A stretch of 64,000 nt of DNA from Lytechinus pictus. Taxonomy: Eukaryota. Below are positions 52,601 to 59,968 of this stretch, piece by piece. The translations under genes were made by a program, and so were the position numbers. The stretch covers positions 15,874,001 to 15,938,000 of the forward strand of contig NC_087250.1 in NCBI RefSeq assembly GCF_037042905.1, in the 5' to 3' direction. Position 1 is the first letter of the stretch, and the number at the start of each line of letters is the position of its first letter. Under the pieces are notes generated by a model. The model made no database searches. It was given only the letters and a program-made list of their open reading frames with translations, and was not told the origin of the DNA.

Positions 52601-55600
52601 TCTAGTTCATAAAACATAGACATAAGAGTAACCAAGTATCACTGAACATCTTGTGCAAGTTATAGTAGTTTCAAAGTCGGCCTTGCTGGTATATTGAATC
52701 GCGTGATGCAGGTGAGACCCCCAGAGGCATTCCACTTGTTTATTTTTTTTATTGAACTTTTGCAGTTATGAATAGCATAAAGTAAATCAATGTAGATTCC
52801 CCTACAGGCAGGATGGTTGCAGTGAGCAAGTGCCTTTATTTATGGTTTTTCGTGGCGTGTTCTGATCATTTTTTTCATTGGTGATTTAGGTTGGTAGGAA
52901 TACTGAATTCCTGATCCAGAGGGTTGGTTCATCAGGAGTGCCTCCAAACACAAATCTTCATTATTTGGTAAGTTACTATATTCAGTTCCTTTTCATTTTT
53001 TTTTTCCATTCAAAATTAATAAAAAACAGTAAGTAACTTCGAAGAACAAAGTCTTATGGAATGCTGCCCTCGAAATATAAAAATAAAAGTAACCCCCCAA
53101 AAAAAAATATGAAAAGAGTGCATATTTCAAGTAAGTCCAGGTAAGTAAGTAAATCCAGGATTTTCTAAGGGGGGGGGGGCACATTTTCTCAAGGAAAAAT
53201 TTTACCAAAAAAAATAAGTAGATCTAGGCCTATCTACATTTCATCCACAAAAAAATTGACAAGCAAAAAAAAATGTCCTCACTTTAAAAAAGGGTGCACA
53301 CTTGTGTTTTAACGGCATTTTTATATTACAAATTTTAATTGTGCCTCTCAAAAGGATCGCCCGAGGATCCGCCAGTGATATACAAATAAGATAAATTGAA
53401 CATTCATAACATATCATGCAAAACTATATATACATGATTAATACAAGACTGGGATGGAGAGATTTCCCTATGTGTAATCAACCGCATATATTCGTAATTC
53501 GAAGCTTCGTTATTATGAAGGTTCGGATATTCCGAAGGTTTTTTATTCCGATGGTTCGTGTTTCCAAAGGTTTGTAATTCCGAAGGTTCGTTAGTCCGAA
53601 AACGAAATGAGGTTCGTAATTCCGAAGGTTCGTTAGTCCGAAAACGAAGTGAGGCTCGTAATTCCGAAGGTTCTTTAATCTGAAAACAAGATGACGTTCG
53701 TAATTCCGAAGGTTCGTTAGTCCGAAAACGAAATGATTAACGAACCTTATTTCGTTTTCGGACCAAGGAACCTTCAGAATAACGAACATCATTTTGTTTT
53801 CGGATTAACGAAGCTGCGGAACATTGAGCCTTATTTCGTTTTCGGATTATCGTACCTTCGGAATAACGAACCTTCGGGATAACGCCACAAATGTTCGGAT
53901 TAACGAACCCTTTTACGTTTTCGGATTAACGAAAATCAAGGTATAGGCAATTTACGTGTTTCGGAATTACGAACCTTCGGAGCAAAGAACCTTTGGAATT
54001 ACGAACCTTCGGAATTACGAAGTGTAGCCGTAAGCAATAATAATAATTGATTATTGGACTATATTACATAAAATTGCATCTACTTGTAGAAAAGGAATAG
54101 CATTTTACGTGTGTGAAGATATAAATAATATGATGTTGTAATTTCAATATTTTACCAATCTAGAGTGCCATTAACATTTTTTTTGTGGGAAACGCTGTAT
54201 TACATATATATTTTTTCTGTATTGTCCTTTGTAATTATTTAGGAGATTCTTACGATCAAAGTATTTATTTTGTACTATGCTTTATATTCTGATGTATAGT
54301 AACTTTCTACTGAAATGATGTCATTAACATTTTTTATGTATGAATGTGGATATTAAAGTCCCAAGCTACATTATGATTAATATTGGCAGTGCAATGTGCT
54401 GGGCCATTCCTTTGAAACTTCCAAAAGACATCCGCAATATTTCTTGTCTTACTACCTTCAAAAATTTACTAAAAACCTGGTTACTCACACAAGTTTTCTA
54501 GTGCTACTCTTTTCTCTCTTTAGTAAATTTTTATTCTTTACTGCACCATGAACAGCTCATTATGGATACTGCCATATTACACATTACCATATCATTATTA
54601 TCATTATAAATTATAAATATTATCATTATAATTATTATTGTTATTTTTACTGTTATTATTATTATTATTATGAATATTATTATTATCATTGTTATGAATA
54701 TAATTATTAGCATTATTATTATCGTTGTTATGAATATTATTATGAATATTTTTATTATCATTATTGTGAATATTGTTATTATAATAATTGTTATCATTGT
54801 TATCATTATTATCATTATTATGAATATTATGAATATTATTATCATCATCATTGTTATTATTGCTATTATTATTATTTTACTTGAACAGTGCATTACAGGG
54901 GGAAGGATTGTCGAAAGCAATTTTCAACCTGGCATGCCTGATGTAGGCACATCCCTTCAAATAACGATCACGTCCGACATGGCGCCACAAATGAGATTAA
55001 TCGTCTACTACATGACTGCCACCGGCAGAGTCATCGCCGACTCCCTTCGACTTGGTGTAGAAGAAAAGTGCAGGCAAAATCCTCCGGTGAGTATGTACCC
55101 TAGATGAATTTACTTTCACTCCTTAAAAGCATTCAGCTATCTACTGTACCTCGTCATCTCTCGCCTTGTAATCAGAGGGGTGTTGATTCAAATCCCCGCC
55201 AAAAATCAGATGAGGTTTTCAATCAGGGGCGCGCTCCATAAAGAATTACAACTGTTGTAACTTTGCCATTATGGCAAATACCATGGAAAGAGGGCTCAGC
55301 AGCCAATCAAAATCAAGGTTGCCATGGTAGTTGCCATAATGGCAAAGTTAAAGAGTTGCAACTCTTTGGCCCAAATTCACAAAGGTGGTTTTGAAAACCC
55401 ACTGTTGAGTACATGGTTTATGCAGATTTCCTGTATAAATTACGCTTATTCTAGCACGTATACAAAAAAGTCCAATGCTGATGCGCACTTTTGTCACAGT
55501 GCGCCAAATTGACACCTGTTACCATGGTTAGATACGCTATTTTATTCATGAGTCCACTGTTTGAAGAGTGGACTCATGAATAAAATAGTGTGTATATATT

Positions 55601-58600
55601 GATCAATAAGATTACGCGTTACATACGCATTGGCAGTTAAGTGCGACTCTAAGTCATACTTAGCTCTACATGTATGTGAAACACCCCCCTGGTTTGATCT
55701 TTCTCATTGATTTTTTTAGGGTAACATTTTTCTGGGCTGGACCTTGCCTATAATACTGAAAATTCACTTTGTCTTTAAGCCAAATTATGTCTTATTATTT
55801 ATATTTTTGATTCCCTTTGTAGCTATCATTTAGAATGCTTTTTGAGCGACCTCTAATACTTTCACTTTCAGCCAAAATATATCTTGTTTGTTATTTATAT
55901 TTTTGATTCCCTTTGTAGCTAACATTGAGAATACTCCCTGAGCTAGCTAGCTACCTCCTATAATGATTTCACTTTCAGCCAAAGTATGTCTTGTTTGTTA
56001 TTTATATTTTTGATTCCCTTTGTAGCTAACATTGAGGATACTCCCTGAGCTAGCTACCTCATATAATGCTTTCACTTTTAGCCAAAGTATATCTTGTATG
56101 TTATTTATATTTTTGATTCCCTTTGTAGCTATCATTGAGAATACTTCATAAGCTAATTCCTATAATACTTTCAGGGTACATCTTTTTTGTTATTTATATT
56201 TTTGATTCCCTTTGTAGCTATCATTTCACTTTTAGCCAAAGTATATCTTGTTTGTTATGTATATTTTTGATTCACTTTGTAGCTCTCATTGAGAGAAGTT
56301 CTTGAGCTAGCTACCTCCTATAATGCTTTCACTTTTAGCCAAAGTATATCTCGTTATTTATATTTTTTATTCACTTTGTAGCTCTCATTGAGAATACTCC
56401 CTGAGCTAGCTACCTCCTATAATGCTTTCACTTTTAGCCAAAGTACATGTACATCTAGTTTGTTATTTATATTTTTGATTCCTTCTGTAGCTATCATTGA
56501 GAATACTACCCGAGCCACCCCCTCCTCTACTTTCTATCTATGACCCACATTCCATGATTGAGGTTGAAATCACAGCACCAAACGATTCCTCCATCGGTCT
56601 GCTAGCTGTCGATAAGGCTGTCTATCTGCTGAGAGATAAGGATAGAATGAACAATCGAAAAGTAAGTCAGTCGGTTACAGGGGCGGATCCAGGATTTTCC
56701 AAAGGGGGAGGGGGACAAATTTTGACAAGCCCCCCTCCCCCCCAAAAAAAGTTTTCAACCACAAATTAAGGATATTTCGGACCCGAAAAAAATTGACAAG
56801 CAAAAAAAATAAAATAAAATAAGGTCTTCAATTTCAACAGTGGGGGCACACCTCTGTTTTAATGGCATTTTTACATTACAAATTTTAATTTTGCTTCTCA
56901 AAAGGGGGACACGTGCCCCCTGGATCCGTGCCTGGTCGGTAGTTGGTAGTTGCCATAATGGCAAAGTTACAACAGTTGCAAGTCCTTTATGAAACGGGCC
57001 CCAGGTTTTCAGTAATTATTACGGAAAAATGAGAAAGAATACCGGTGGTCTCATGCAAAATACTGATTTTTAAAGTTTCATTTTATGTGTTGTCCTATGG
57101 TATTTCTGTGAAAGTACTGATTTTCTTACCAAAATACTGATTTTCAGCATTTACAATACTGAAATATATGATCTTGATCAGGTGACCCCTATAGAGAGTT
57201 ACGAAGTAGTACTGGTTTTCAGAAATTATTACGGAAAAATGAGAAAGAATACTGGTGTTTTCATGCAAATTACTGATTTTTAAAGTTTCAGTTTATGTGT
57301 TGTCCTATGGTATTTCTGCGAAAATTTTTGAGGGGAGGCTGAATCACCCCCTTCCCCCCTCTTAAGATTAAATACCGGACTACGGGGGTGGCCAGATTCA
57401 CCCTACAGACATCACCCTCACCCCTCCACTTTACTGTGTTCATCAGTGCATCTTCCTCCATCAACCCACCCTCCTACCCTCCACCACCACTTGGTTCATC
57501 CTGGGTGGCGTTTCATGAAAGGACTTGTCAGACGTTTAATCCGACAAGTCCCATTTTATCCGACAGTTACTATAGGAACAGTACCTCTCAGCCAATCAGA
57601 ATCAAGGAAAGATGTCAGATCTGAAAACTTGTCTGACGAAAATGTTGATGAAACGCTCCCAGGAGCGTTTCATCAACATTTTCGTCCGATATGAAACGCC
57701 CCCCAGGTCTCCTTGGGTCGCCTGAAAGGTTTTTCTTTACGTTGGCCCGAGTAGCTATGATTTTTAAGAACAGGGGCTTGTTTCATCAAACTTTTTATCA
57801 TAAGAAAATTACAATAATAGTTAAGAAGCTACTGAAATCCTTCAATCTGATTGGCTTATAGTAAATTTGTTATAGAAATTGTGCATTTGTTACTATAACA
57901 AGTCTGTAACAAGTCTTTATGAACAGAGAGCTCGAGACTGAAACTTTCTTTTAACAGTCTATTGCAGATTTGCCTACAATCTCTTCATATTTTTGGTCTC
58001 ATCCGTTATATCCTTCGTCTACATTGATCGTGCACTAATCTTTTGGTCTAATTGTTTTCAATTTTGCTTGATTTCCAGTTGGCTAGCACCATTTCTTGCA
58101 ACATCTACTTTTAAAAGTCTCTATGCTTGGATAGGATGTTTTCTATATTTACTTAATTTTCATTTGACAATTAAAACATTACAAGTTGAAAAAGAGGAAA
58201 ATTGACAAACTGGGCTAGCTTACAAGTAAATGAGAAATAGTCCAAGTGGGTTAAGGCTAAGAGTACACTTAGACCAAAATGAGAGACCAAATGGGTTAAG
58301 CCCTGTTACAGCGACGCATAATGTTACAGTCAACGCACAATGTCGTAGGTTTTCTACTAACACATGACGTCGCAAGTCTCAACACATAATGTCGCAGTAT
58401 ATCTTGGTCTGAAATTCCTGAGTTAAATCATGGTTATAATGTATGTTGTTATTGTTGTTTTTCAGATGTATAATAGGATGAAGAGCTATGACACCGGTTG
58501 TGGACCAGGAGGCGGATTTGATACTTCTCAAATTTTTAAGGTAACATAAGAGTTACAAGTCATAAATCACAGTACACAGTTTCACATTCCACGGTTTTTG

Positions 58601-59927
58601 CTTTTTGTATCAAGAAACCCTGTGTTTTTTTGCATATATGTAACCAAAATATTCAAATTTTACTGTAAATGTTGAATGTTTCTTACCTCGCTTGATGCCC
58701 ATCTAATTTGGCAATTTGAAACCATGCTCAAATTACTGTCAAATGACTATGTTTAAAATCTGTTACTCTATTAATATGTCATATGACAACTTCTGTTACA
58801 TGCTACATTTATCACATCACTACTGTTGTCACATGACTACACTTGTCACATAAATTCTGTCATATGACTACTTTTAGTTTTGTGACATGACTACTCTTGT
58901 CACATAACTACTCCTGTCATTCAGAGAACAGAGAGCCATTCATATTGCATGGACAATGATCTGATCAACTTTTGGGGTCACCAAGTCCAAGGTCACAGAG
59001 GTCAATTTCCCAATAAAACATAAATGTTTAAAAGAGGGTCACAGAGGCCACTATAAAAACGTAAACTGTATTGTCATTTTAAAGAACTCCTTGATGGTTA
59101 AACTTCCAACTCGGTTCATGACTGCATACAGGAATGGCCAGTAAAATCATGGAGATCCTATAGGTCAAAGGTCAAAAAGATCATTATCTTCCTGAATATA
59201 CAGTACATTTCACAATAGCCTCAGAACCGTTTGAGGTTACAACATTTTTATGTACATATACATGTATGTGAATACAGTACTGAACAAAATTTGTCCTTGT
59301 ATGTTATTAGGACTCTGGAATGACAGTGCTTACTAATGGAAATTTGGAGGTCGGTGTAAGAGCAAGTAAGTTGTTAAGTCTGGGCCCAGTCTTACAGACA
59401 GTTGCGATCGATCCAATCAACCACTTTATGAAAAGCCAGCAATGTGCCAACAACTGAAATCCATTTTTCTTTAAAATGTTTTCTAGATTGATATACATTA
59501 AATTATTGTTTGACAATTTAGTTTTCTTCTTCCTGTATTTACAAAAAGGACATTGTGCAAATTTCCTGTTGGAAAATTTGATTTGTACATACAGTTGAGG
59601 TTGTGCAGGGCCACGTCTTACAAAGAGTTACGATTGATCCAATCAATCGTAACTCTATGGAAATCCATCAGTGTCATAATTTCTTCTACAGAAAATTTGC
59701 AAAATGTCCTTTGTACACAAAGGAGAGCACACCAAATTGTCAAGAAATCTATGAATTTATGGATATACATTCTTATCTATAATTTTTTTTTGGAACAAAC
59801 ATGCATTTTATATGCTGACTTTGCTGGCTTTCCATAGTTGCGATTGATTGGATCAATCGCAACTCTTTGTAAGAAGGGCCCCAGATCAATCATAGCTCTT
59901 TACGGTGAGACGGGATGCTAGAATTCA

Positions 59928-59968
<41 letters not shown>

